Under the pieces are notes generated by a model. The model did no database searches. It saw only the letters and a program-made list of their open reading frames with translations, and was not told the DNA's origin. From the NCBI GenBank assembly GCA_016866975.1, contig VGKP01000015.1, positions 1 through 17,078 on the forward strand: a stretch of 17,078 nt of DNA, given 5' to 3'. A program made the translations under genes and the position numbers. Below are positions 7,480 through 14,324 of this stretch, piece by piece; within the stretch, counting starts at the first letter, position 1, and each line of letters begins with the position of its first letter. The stretch comes from Candidatus Pacearchaeota archaeon. Lineage in GTDB: Archaea; Nanobdellota; Nanobdellia; Pacearchaeales; GW2011-AR1.

Positions 7480-8097
7480 CTATTTCTTCCTGGCCTGCTC
7501 GAACAATTCATTGACTTTCTTCCAATTTATTACACTCCAAATATTCTCCATGTAACCTTTCCTGTTTGATTGCCATTTGAGATAATATGCGTGTTCCCAG
7601 ACGTCTACGCCTAAAAGTGGGACTTTGCCTTCCATTAGTGGAGAATCCTGGTTAGCAGTTGAAGTGATTTCCAGTTTGCCTTTATTGAATACAAGCCAGG
7701 CCCATCCGCTTCCAAACCTGCCTAAAGCTGCCGTGTTGAACTGTTCCTTGAACTTATTAATACTGCCAAAGGTCTTGGTTATTTCATCAATCATCTTGCC
7801 TTTTACTTCTTTTGCTTTTGCATCGGGAGTAAGGATTTGCCAGAAAAGAGAATGATTGAGATGGCCGCCACCATGATTCCTTACTGCAGTTCTTATATCT
7901 TCAGGAATCTTGTTGATGTCTGCCAATAGCTGTTCGACTGATTGTTTCTCTAATTCAGGATGTTTGGAAAGAGCTTCATTTAGCTTGTCAATATATACCT
8001 GATGATGCTTTGTGTGATGTATCTCCATAGTCTTTGCATCTATGACTGGCTCAAGGGAATTGTAAGAATATTCTAGTTTAGGGAGTGTAAATGGCAT
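7480..8097 (-). CDS. sodA: Superoxide dismutase, Mn-type signature
   Basis: HHTKHH, NHGGGHLNHSLFW, FGSGWAWL, NQDSP and DVWEHAYY. ATG 8097 (MPFTLPKL) is preferred. Confidence 0.96.
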   Translation of the reverse strand: MPFTLPKLEYSYNSLEPVIDAKTMEIHHTKHHQVYIDKLNEALSKHPELEKQSVEQLLADINKIPEDIRTAVRNHGGGHLNHSLFWQILTPDAKAKEVKGKMIDEITKTFGSINKFKEQFNTAALGRFGSGWAWLVFNKGKLEITSTANQDSPLMEGKVPLLGVDVWEHAYYLKWQSNRKGYMENIWSVINWKKVNELFEQARKK

Positions 8098-8119
8098 GTG
8101 CATATCAGAGAGCATAAAC

Positions 8120-8127
8120 GTTATAAA
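8120..8127 (-). promoter_or_regulatory. TATA box of sodA
   Basis: TTTATAAC after AAGAAACA, ending 23 nt before ATG 8097. Confidence 0.55.
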
Positions 8128-8133
8128 TGTTTC

Positions 8134-8412
8134 TTATTTTTTTGCAGGAAGTTGAGGCAATTTCTTCTTCGATTTAGAAGGTTTAGATTCTGCAACAGGA
8201 GGATTCTTGGTCTCTTCAGCCTTCTTTGCTGCTTTTTCCTTCTCTTCTCTATAAGCAGAAGTCCATTTCAGCTTTCTTTTATCTCTTTTGAGCTTCAGAG
8301 CATTCTTCTTGCATTTGCTTGAGCAAAAATAGCTTATTGAACCATCATTCTTTATAAGATGAATACCCCTGAATGGATCGTCTTCATTGCCGCAGAATAT
8401 GCATTTTACCAT
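8134..8412 (-). CDS. rpl24e: 50S ribosomal protein L24e
   Basis: CIFCG...YFCSSKC zinc motif and LKWT. Its ATG overlaps the rps28e stop (TAATG). Confidence 0.97.
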   Translation of the reverse strand: MVKCIFCGNEDDPFRGIHLIKNDGSISYFCSSKCKKNALKLKRDKRKLKWTSAYREEKEKAAKKAEETKNPPVAESKPSKSKKKLPQLPAKK

Positions 8413-8708
8413 TATTCCTTAGGCCTCCTGTCATAACTGCCTTTTATCCTTCGAGCCTCAATCTCTGTCTCTCTCAATGTAAGAAGATCGCCAATCTTGA
8501 CAGTGCCCTTTACATTTCGGCGCATCACGCGGCCCTTGTTCCTTCCGTCCAGAACCTTACACATGACCTGAGTAACCTCTCCCCTTGCGCCTGTCCTGCC
8601 AATCATCTCCTCTACTATTCCATTGACAGGAGCATCATTGCTGAGTCTCTCTACCTTTGTTGTTGCGCCTTCTGATGTTTTGTCCTTAATTTGCTGTTGT
8701 TTTGCCAT
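8412..8708 (-). CDS. rps28e: 30S ribosomal protein S28e with ~25-aa N-terminal extension
   Basis: [41 protein letters not shown], in conserved order with L7Ae and L24e. Confidence 0.97.
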   Translation of the reverse strand: MAKQQQIKDKTSEGATTKVERLSNDAPVNGIVEEMIGRTGARGEVTQVMCKVLDGRNKGRVMRRNVKGTVKIGDLLTLRETEIEARRIKGSYDRRPKE

Positions 8709-8723
8709 TCGAGCTCCTCAAAA

Positions 8724-9032
8724 TTACTTTGATTTCTTTGCCTGTGCTATGTCCTTGTCAGCTTCGCCTGGTTGGATTACTGCTACTGCGGCAGTGCTTA
8801 CGCCAATGCCTACAGCAACACCAAGCTTCTGCTTTGAGTCCACTTCAACACATAGGATGTTTTTTTCCTTGCAGAGAGCAGGAAGGTGTGCAACAATCTC
8901 CTTAGGGCTAACGTCTGCTGCATACACAACTAGTTTTGCGACGCCAAGCTCAATAGCCTTCGTCACTTCATTTGTTCCTTTGTCAACTTTTCCTGTTTTC
9001 TTTGCTTTTTCAACAATGCTATAGAAGTCCAT
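8724..9032 (-). CDS. rpl7ae: 50S ribosomal protein L7Ae
   Basis: [43 protein letters not shown] at 9041-9036. Confidence 0.97.
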   Translation of the reverse strand: MDFYSIVEKAKKTGKVDKGTNEVTKAIELGVAKLVVYAADVSPKEIVAHLPALCKEKNILCVEVDSKQKLGVAVGIGVSTAAVAVIQPGEADKDIAQAKKSK

Positions 9033-9120
9033 GTGACCTCCGTAGTTTAATTAAGTATGGTGTCTACCACACTACGCCGAGAACTTTCGTTCTCAAGGAC
9101 CCTTTCGGGCCTCATCGGTT
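9033..9120 (-). promoter_or_regulatory. Structured 5' leader of rpl7ae (candidate autoregulatory element)
   Basis: Two GAAA-tetraloop hairpins (9111-9098, 9094-9079) plus a CGTAGT/ACTACG stem reaching the first SD base. GATGA lies opposite TTGA as in box C/D kink-turns. Confidence 0.55.
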
Positions 9121-9141
9121 AAACGTACTCCGAGAAGTGGC

Positions 9142-9149
9142 TTTATAAA
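9142..9149 (-). promoter_or_regulatory. BRE/TATA promoter of the rpl7ae-rps28e-rpl24e operon
   Basis: ACAAAAACA-TTTATAAA on the minus strand, about 110 nt upstream of the ATG. Confidence 0.6.
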
Positions 9150-9172
9150 TGTTTTTGTAAATTCAATAAAGA

Positions 9173-9610
9173 CTAAGTGCTGTATTTTTGCGCCCATGCA
9201 GACTCATCTTGCAACTGCGATGTAAATTCCATCAGCTTAGACATCTCTCTCCAGCAGATCACAGGGATATTTTCTCTCTCAGCATTAATCTTCTCGTACT
9301 TGTCCCCTGTGAACATCCTGAAACCTACCCTTCCGTCCATAATCTCTTCCTCAAGGAGAGAAAAAATCCATTTAGCGCCACTTACATCTCCAGAATTCCC
9401 ATCAAAACTTCCTCCCATAATGACCCAGTCAAAGTAACTTTTTGGAGTAGCTGGAGGCACATCCTGTGGAGAAATACCTAGCTCCGTCAGCATCATCTTG
9501 AGAGTTGGCGCGCGTATTATCCTATGACCTTGGTCTCTTATCAAAGTAGATAAATAATAATCTGCAGCAGAATTATACGAACCAAATCCAGCGAGTATTC
9601 TTAACGACAT
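9173..9610 (-). CDS. Hypothetical protein, possibly a degenerate CheY-like receiver fold
   Basis: Open frame. ATG 9610 lies 22 nt from TATA 9632-9639. Alternating beta/alpha pattern RILAGF, HRIIRA, FDWVIMG, FRMFTG. The fold call is weak. Confidence 0.65.
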   Translation of the reverse strand: MSLRILAGFGSYNSAADYYLSTLIRDQGHRIIRAPTLKMMLTELGISPQDVPPATPKSYFDWVIMGGSFDGNSGDVSGAKWIFSLLEEEIMDGRVGFRMFTGDKYEKINAERENIPVICWREMSKLMEFTSQLQDESAWAQKYST

Positions 9611-9631
9611 GTAAATCATGCACCTTGGAGA

Positions 9632-9670
9632 TTTAAAAATCCTCCTGATTATAAGCGATATCTTTATAAT
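9632..9670. promoter_or_regulatory. Divergent TATA boxes (9632-9639 minus, 9663-9670 plus)
   Basis: TTTTTAAA ends 22 nt before ATG 9610 (minus) and TTTATAAT ends 22 nt before ATG 9692 (plus). Confidence 0.55.
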
Positions 9671-9691
9671 GATTAAAAGGATAAATTAGCA

Positions 9692-12600
9692 ATGAAAAGA
9701 GAGGTATTTTTGATTCTTATTGGAGCTATTCTGTTTGTTAGTATCGGAGCATGGTATATGACTGGAAGAACAGTGTACACTCAAATTCAGGACAATGGAA
9801 TGTGTATTGAGTTAAATGTTGGGCAGATAGATTTCTATATAGACCCTAAAGGAGTATGTGCACCATGCAGCGATAGCAATGTTGGTAACATCACAAAACC
9901 CTGGTGCACATTAAGGAGGGCACTCAATTTCTCGGAACCTGTGCATTTCTCTGGAGGAAAGAGATTATACCTTAGAGAAGGAGTACACCGTTTTGACGGC
10001 CTTGAATTTTTTGTCCCTAAATATGGACTGAGTGGTAGCCCTGATAAAAAAACTTTGATTAGCAGTTACCCTGGGGAGAAAGTTTATGTTCATGCATCTG
10101 AGAGAGTCCAAGGTTGGCAGAAGCAGACTTTGCCTGATGGAAAGAATATCTGGACATTTGAGTGGAGAAAATACCTGCAGGAGAAAAGACCAAAATATCT
10201 AGCAAAAGAGCATCCTCTGGGAATAAGCCTTAGAGACTCAAATGGTAAAATAACGAATTTTGCGCAGAACTATACTGATGTACCGCAAGCACTATTCATA
10301 GATGCATTCTATCCCTTAACTTCCAAGCCAATAATAATACCTCAGGCTAATGAAACAAAGACTATGGCGAAGCGTGATGGAACAGAGAGCTTTGATTATA
10401 TCAATATAACTTATCCTAGACCATATTATTCTACTGTAACAAGATTGAATGTCACAGTTGTAGCTTATCCAAACCCAGAATCAATGCCTCCAGGTACTGC
10501 TTATTATGAAAATGATCCTGCCCATCCTAATTATGGCAAGCTATTCATAAGACCACCTGAAGTTTTTAATAGTATTGACCCAGACATAGTTCCTATAGAG
10601 ATCCCAGTCAATTACCTCGGATTTCTTGGAATAAATCAATCATCAAATATCCACATCGCGAATTTCTCATATAGATATTCAAATGGATTTCCTGACAGTG
10701 GGTTTGATGGAGGATTAATCTTAAATGGAGACGACATATTGATAGATAATATGGATCTCTCTTATCATGTATTGGGAGCAATGATTGGAGGGGGCGCGAA
10801 CAATACAATAAGAAACTCCACGATATTATATAATGGTGCGACAGGTTCTTGGAGAGTCGGCAATAACATCACATATGACTCCAATATCTTCATGTGGAAT
10901 GGGTGGAGGCCTTTCTATCAAGCTTGGGCAGTGGCAGGAATGAAACTTATAGATGCCAAAGGGACATATAATTTTACTATAAGAAATAATCTGTTCAGGG
11001 ACAACGGGATAGGGCTGTGGATAGATTATACTGGAGATGGGCCGGAGATTCTTCATGGAAAAAAGACATGGCAGAATTACATTGGCTCGGGCCACCTAAT
11101 AGAGAACAACATGTTCATAAGTGACTGCCTTGCATTGGAGACCTCTCCAGGTAGTGAAACCAACCCAATTATCGTAAGAAACAACTATTTCTCGGGAAAA
11201 TATTATAATCCTAATCGCGTAGGTATCGCAATCCAATCAAGTCCTTATATAAACATAACAAATAACATATTTGTGGACATTGACCAAGGAATAATGGCTC
11301 TCGGACCTGTTACACCTCTTTGGGAACCAGAGTATGTGACACGTTCCCGTGTACATAATATTAGAATTGATCATAATATTTTCATGAACGTGTCTTTTCC
11401 TATAATCTTTGGTCACGATTCCACAAATGCTGCAAATTCCCAGAAGAAGATGATATTTGCAAATGATACAAGTGATTTCAACGTATTCTATGGAGGTAAA
11501 AGCCCAAATGTATATTTCAGAGCAGTAAAAGAAAATGTTGACTTCAGCAAGCCGTTTGCCCCGTTGCAGTTATCTGACAAGCATCCACTATATATGGGTT
11601 CAAGGACTGTAGCAAGCCACGCTTATGATGCAGATGGCAACCCTTCCAACGGAGTATTTCCCGAAATATTCCTGAGTGCTGAGGATTATGCATGGTTCAA
11701 ATCTCGCCCGATAGAAGAACTTGAAAGTAAGTTCTATTTCAGTAATGGATTTATTCACTCCCTCAATTATAAGGAACCTGGCGCGTACAAATTCTTATCA
11801 TTTGAAGAATGGAAGACTGCAAATAAAAACGAGACTAACTCATTGATAGGAGACCCAAAACTGACAAGTAACACATCTTATAGTGTCAGGGCAGGGCAAG
11901 GAAGCCCTGCTGAGCAGATTGGATTTAAACCGATAGATTTCTCCAAGGTCGAGCTCCCGCCATTGAAGATAGATTATCCCAAGAACAATGGGAAATATAA
12001 TATAACTTCACTGAGTCTTAATATTTCTTATAGCGGCATGCCACTACGGTACTGCAGTTATATCGTAAATGAAGGACAATCAGAATCATTCAGATGCGAT
12101 GAGAATGTAAGTGCCAAACTATTCAGCGACAGGAACAACTCGTTGATTGCCTCTTTCCTTGATGAATTAGGGAGCACAAGAATAGTGCAATCCAATTTCT
12201 CAGTTGATAGTGTTGCTCCAAATTATAGCATATCTCCTCAAAACGGAACAGTTCTCATTTCAAGAGGATTTACACTTCAATCTGACATGACTGACAGGCA
12301 TCCTGAATCAATATCTTATATCCTATTCAATAGCACCGGGACAGTTGTACAGGGCATAGTTAAAGAGTCCAAACTATCGCAGTCACTCGGGCCTTTTCCA
12401 TTCGGCAAGTACCATTATAAGATAATTGCAGCCGATACTCATGGAAACATAAATGAAAGCCCCATATTTACTCTGACTCTCTCTGAGCAGCCTGCGCAAC
12501 CTCCAACGCAACCTCCACAAACCCCTCCAACTCAACCTCCAACAAAAGGTGAAGATAAAAAGCCATCGCGAGAATCTACTACATTCTTAATTACAGATGA

Positions 12601-13174
12601 GCAACTCAAGAAAGGAGTGTATGAGACGCTGATAAAGGATGATGCGATGAGCATTGAAGTCAACAAGAAAAAAGTTATCCTAAATATATTGAACATAAAT
12701 TCAACAGGGATGCTTGTGAGCAGTGGTGGAAAGGTACAGACTCTGCCATTCCCTGAATATGTTTTCATTGACCTTGACAAAGATGGGACTCCAGATGTTG
12801 TCGCACAAGTAAGATTCCTAGATGCTAATTCTCAAGATGGAATTCTTGCCCTCAGCAAGTACATCCCTCTGTCAGCTGAGCAAAGATCAGGATTTGAGCC
12901 AATTATACCAAATCAGCAACAAGAAAAAAGAGAAGTAACTAAGGAAGAGCCAAAGCAAGAGTCATTCTTAGAAAAACAAAACATTCAGCCACCAAAGCTG
13001 CAAGAAGAGAATACAAAAACAGATGATGGCCTACAGAAAAATATTATCATAGGATTCTTCATATTTGTCATACTTATATTGATAACAGTTATTGTCGTGA
13101 CAATCTGGAAAATAACTCACAAGCCTAGCAGGAATATTACTGGGCCTCAAATATATTATCCCGAGCTTAAATGA
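9692..13174 (+). CDS. Large surface protein: right-handed parallel beta-helix (pectate-lyase-like) + Ig-like domains + Pro/Thr/Gln linker + C-terminal TM anchor
   Basis: N-terminal hydrophobic signal, FYIDPKG..SDSNVGNITKPWCTL (DUF1565-like start), repeated N-rich turns (NNTIRNSTILYNG, IRNNLFRDNG, IENNMF, VRNNYF, ITNNIF, IDHNIF), QPPT linker, DLDKDGTPD motif and TM IIIGFFIFVILILITVIVVTIW. Confidence 0.9.
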   Translation: MKREVFLILIGAILFVSIGAWYMTGRTVYTQIQDNGMCIELNVGQIDFYIDPKGVCAPCSDSNVGNITKPWCTLRRALNFSEPVHFSGGKRLYLREGVHRFDGLEFFVPKYGLSGSPDKKTLISSYPGEKVYVHASERVQGWQKQTLPDGKNIWTFEWRKYLQEKRPKYLAKEHPLGISLRDSNGKITNFAQNYTDVPQALFIDAFYPLTSKPIIIPQANETKTMAKRDGTESFDYINITYPRPYYSTVTRLNVTVVAYPNPESMPPGTAYYENDPAHPNYGKLFIRPPEVFNSIDPDIVPIEIPVNYLGFLGINQSSNIHIANFSYRYSNGFPDSGFDGGLILNGDDILIDNMDLSYHVLGAMIGGGANNTIRNSTILYNGATGSWRVGNNITYDSNIFMWNGWRPFYQAWAVAGMKLIDAKGTYNFTIRNNLFRDNGIGLWIDYTGDGPEILHGKKTWQNYIGSGHLIENNMFISDCLALETSPGSETNPIIVRNNYFSGKYYNPNRVGIAIQSSPYINITNNIFVDIDQGIMALGPVTPLWEPEYVTRSRVHNIRIDHNIFMNVSFPIIFGHDSTNAANSQKKMIFANDTSDFNVFYGGKSPNVYFRAVKENVDFSKPFAPLQLSDKHPLYMGSRTVASHAYDADGNPSNGVFPEIFLSAEDYAWFKSRPIEELESKFYFSNGFIHSLNYKEPGAYKFLSFEEWKTANKNETNSLIGDPKLTSNTSYSVRAGQGSPAEQIGFKPIDFSKVELPPLKIDYPKNNGKYNITSLSLNISYSGMPLRYCSYIVNEGQSESFRCDENVSAKLFSDRNNSLIASFLDELGSTRIVQSNFSVDSVAPNYSISPQNGTVLISRGFTLQSDMTDRHPESISYILFNSTGTVVQGIVKESKLSQSLGPFPFGKYHYKIIAADTHGNINESPIFTLTLSEQPAQPPTQPPQTPPTQPPTKGEDKKPSRESTTFLITDEQLKKGVYETLIKDDAMSIEVNKKKVILNILNINSTGMLVSSGGKVQTLPFPEYVFIDLDKDGTPDVVAQVRFLDANSQDGILALSKYIPLSAEQRSGFEPIIPNQQQEKREVTKEEPKQESFLEKQNIQPPKLQEENTKTDDGLQKNIIIGFFIFVILILITVIVVTIWKITHKPSRNITGPQIYYPELK
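12496..12543 (+). repeat. Four imperfect 12-bp repeats encoding the (Q/T)PPT-type linker
   Basis: gcaacctccaac gcaacctccaca aacccctccaac tcaacctccaac. Confidence 0.75.
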
Positions 13175-13281
13175 CTGAAAATAAATTCAACGAAAAATAT
13201 TCTGAACCAGAAAGCGCACCCTGGACTTTCACCGACATAAATGGTGAGATTGCCAGACTTATGGATGAAAAATACTTATCA

Positions 13282-13401
13282 CAAAAACGATGCGCCACCT
13301 CGGCTTAAAAGCCGAGGTTTGTTGCAGGCGCTCGTTTTTGGAGATGCTCAAGGAACAACTCCAGCTTAAAAGCTGGAGTTTTAGTCAAGTTCCTTGACAT
13401 A
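13282..13401. mobile_element. Double-hairpin non-coding element, copy 2 (complete; ends uncertain by a few nt)
   Basis: Hairpin A: CAAAAACGA-T-GCGCC/GGCGC-TCGTTTTTG around ACCTCGGCT-TAAA-AGCCGAGGT. Hairpin B: ATG-C-TCAAGGAAC/GTTCCTTGA-CAT around AACTCCAGCT-TAAA-AGCTGGAGTT. It interrupts a gene. Confidence 0.78.
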
Positions 13402-13407
13402 AAAAAT

Positions 13408-13920
13408 ATGAGAGTTCTTGAAGTAGGATGCGGTGAGGGGCACCAAGCAATATACCTTGCAAATAAAGGCATGATTGTCCATGCTGTAGATTCTTCCCAA
13501 AAAGCAATCAAATATGCGATTGAAAATGCAAAGACTTCCCGAGCAGATGTTGAATTTGAGGTCAAGGGACATCATGAACTAGACAGAATGAAAGGGAAAT
13601 TTGACTTCATATTTGACTGGAGATTCCTGCAGGAGATAACTGATGAAGATATGAGAGAGAGATTTTTCATAAGCATAAACAGGCTTCTTGGACCAAAGGG
13701 AAAATATCTTTCCGTAGAATTTAGCGGAGATTCTGATTTCATGGGCAATGGCAAGCTGCGCACATCCTCTGTGGGAATCAAAATATACTTTGCGACATTG
13801 GAAGAAAGCAAGAGGATCTTTGGAAAGTATTTCAGGATAATCGAGGCAAGACATATAACATTGCCACAAAAGCCAAACATGAATATTTTAGCGAACTATA
13901 TGTTATGTGAAAGAATATGA
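13408..13920 (+). CDS. SAM-dependent methyltransferase, catalytic (C-terminal) portion
   Basis: Motif I VLEVGCGEG, VHAVDSS, FDFIFD and LLGPKGKYL. Confidence 0.85.
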   Translation: MRVLEVGCGEGHQAIYLANKGMIVHAVDSSQKAIKYAIENAKTSRADVEFEVKGHHELDRMKGKFDFIFDWRFLQEITDEDMRERFFISINRLLGPKGKYLSVEFSGDSDFMGNGKLRTSSVGIKIYFATLEESKRIFGKYFRIIEARHITLPQKPNMNILANYMLCERI

Positions 13921-14324
13921 TCACTCAAGACACACTCCAAGTAATTGTATTTAGCATACATCAGAAGGAGGTGAAATATCTTCTGTTAAGAAGGATTCCT
14001 GCAAAAGGAGGATTCTGGCAACCAATAACTGGGAGGAAAGAGAAAAACGAGAGCCCTAAGGACGGAGCATTAAGGGAATTGCAGGAAGAACTTGGGATAC
14101 CTATCCAGAAAATAATTGATGTTGATAATTTTCCAAATGGGCAAGGGGAAGGTAAAGACTATATATTTGCAGCAGAAGTGCTACCAAGCGTCGAAATACG
14201 TCTTGACAGGCCGTCTGTAGAACATGATCACTATCAGTGGTGCACATACCAAGAGGCGCGTACTCTGCTTTATTGGCCTCAATACACCAAGGCCTTGGAT
14301 AGACTTAAGAGGATGATAAAATAG
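13917..14324 (+). CDS. NUDIX hydrolase (NudB-like)
   Basis: Complete Nudix box G-x5-E-x7-RELQEELGI preceded by FWQPIT, and EHDHYQW. Coupled to the upstream gene by ATGA. Confidence 0.92.
   Translation: MITQDTLQVIVFSIHQKEVKYLLLRRIPAKGGFWQPITGRKEKNESPKDGALRELQEELGIPIQKIIDVDNFPNGQGEGKDYIFAAEVLPSVEIRLDRPSVEHDHYQWCTYQEARTLLYWPQYTKALDRLKRMIK

Larger units (their letters stand above)
13171..13920 (+). pseudogene. Class I SAM-dependent methyltransferase gene split by the hairpin element
   Basis: ATG 13171 overlaps the upstream TGA (ATGA) and reads MTENKFNEKYSEPESAPWTFTDINGEIARLMDEKYLS. It is in frame with ATG 13408 (237 nt apart). The element carries an in-frame TAA at 13306-13308. Confidence 0.75.

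Noticed and set aside
9079-9118. Hammerhead ribozyme (CCGATGAG-GCCC-GAAA-GGG resembles CUGAUGAG-stem II)
   Set aside because: The core has C instead of U, and the obligatory GAAA after stem II and the NUH cleavage site are absent.
9033-9120. tRNA gene upstream of rpl7ae
   Set aside because: No cloverleaf, T-loop GTTCRA or acceptor stem on either strand.
13395-13400. TTGACA bacterial -35 box at the element end
   Set aside because: The genome is archaeal, there is no -10 at the right spacing, and the hexamer is not conserved in copies 1 and 3.
13282-13401. Element as an integron attC site
   Set aside because: AAC...GTT occurs in stem B, but flanks are GGAAC/GTTCC rather than RYYYAAC/GTTRRRY, there is no L-box pattern, and one copy lies inside a gene rather than between cassettes.
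13277-13401. TA target-site duplication (IS630/mariner-type MITE)
   Set aside because: TA flanks are possible for copy 2, but there are no terminal inverted repeats and copy 3 lacks TA on both sides.
13270-13410. Canonical bulge-helix-bulge archaeal intron in the methyltransferase
   Set aside because: Junction sequences give only short UCA/UGA or UUAU/AUAA pairings without two 3-nt bulges around a 4-bp helix. RNA-level removal remains untested, but BHB is not supported.
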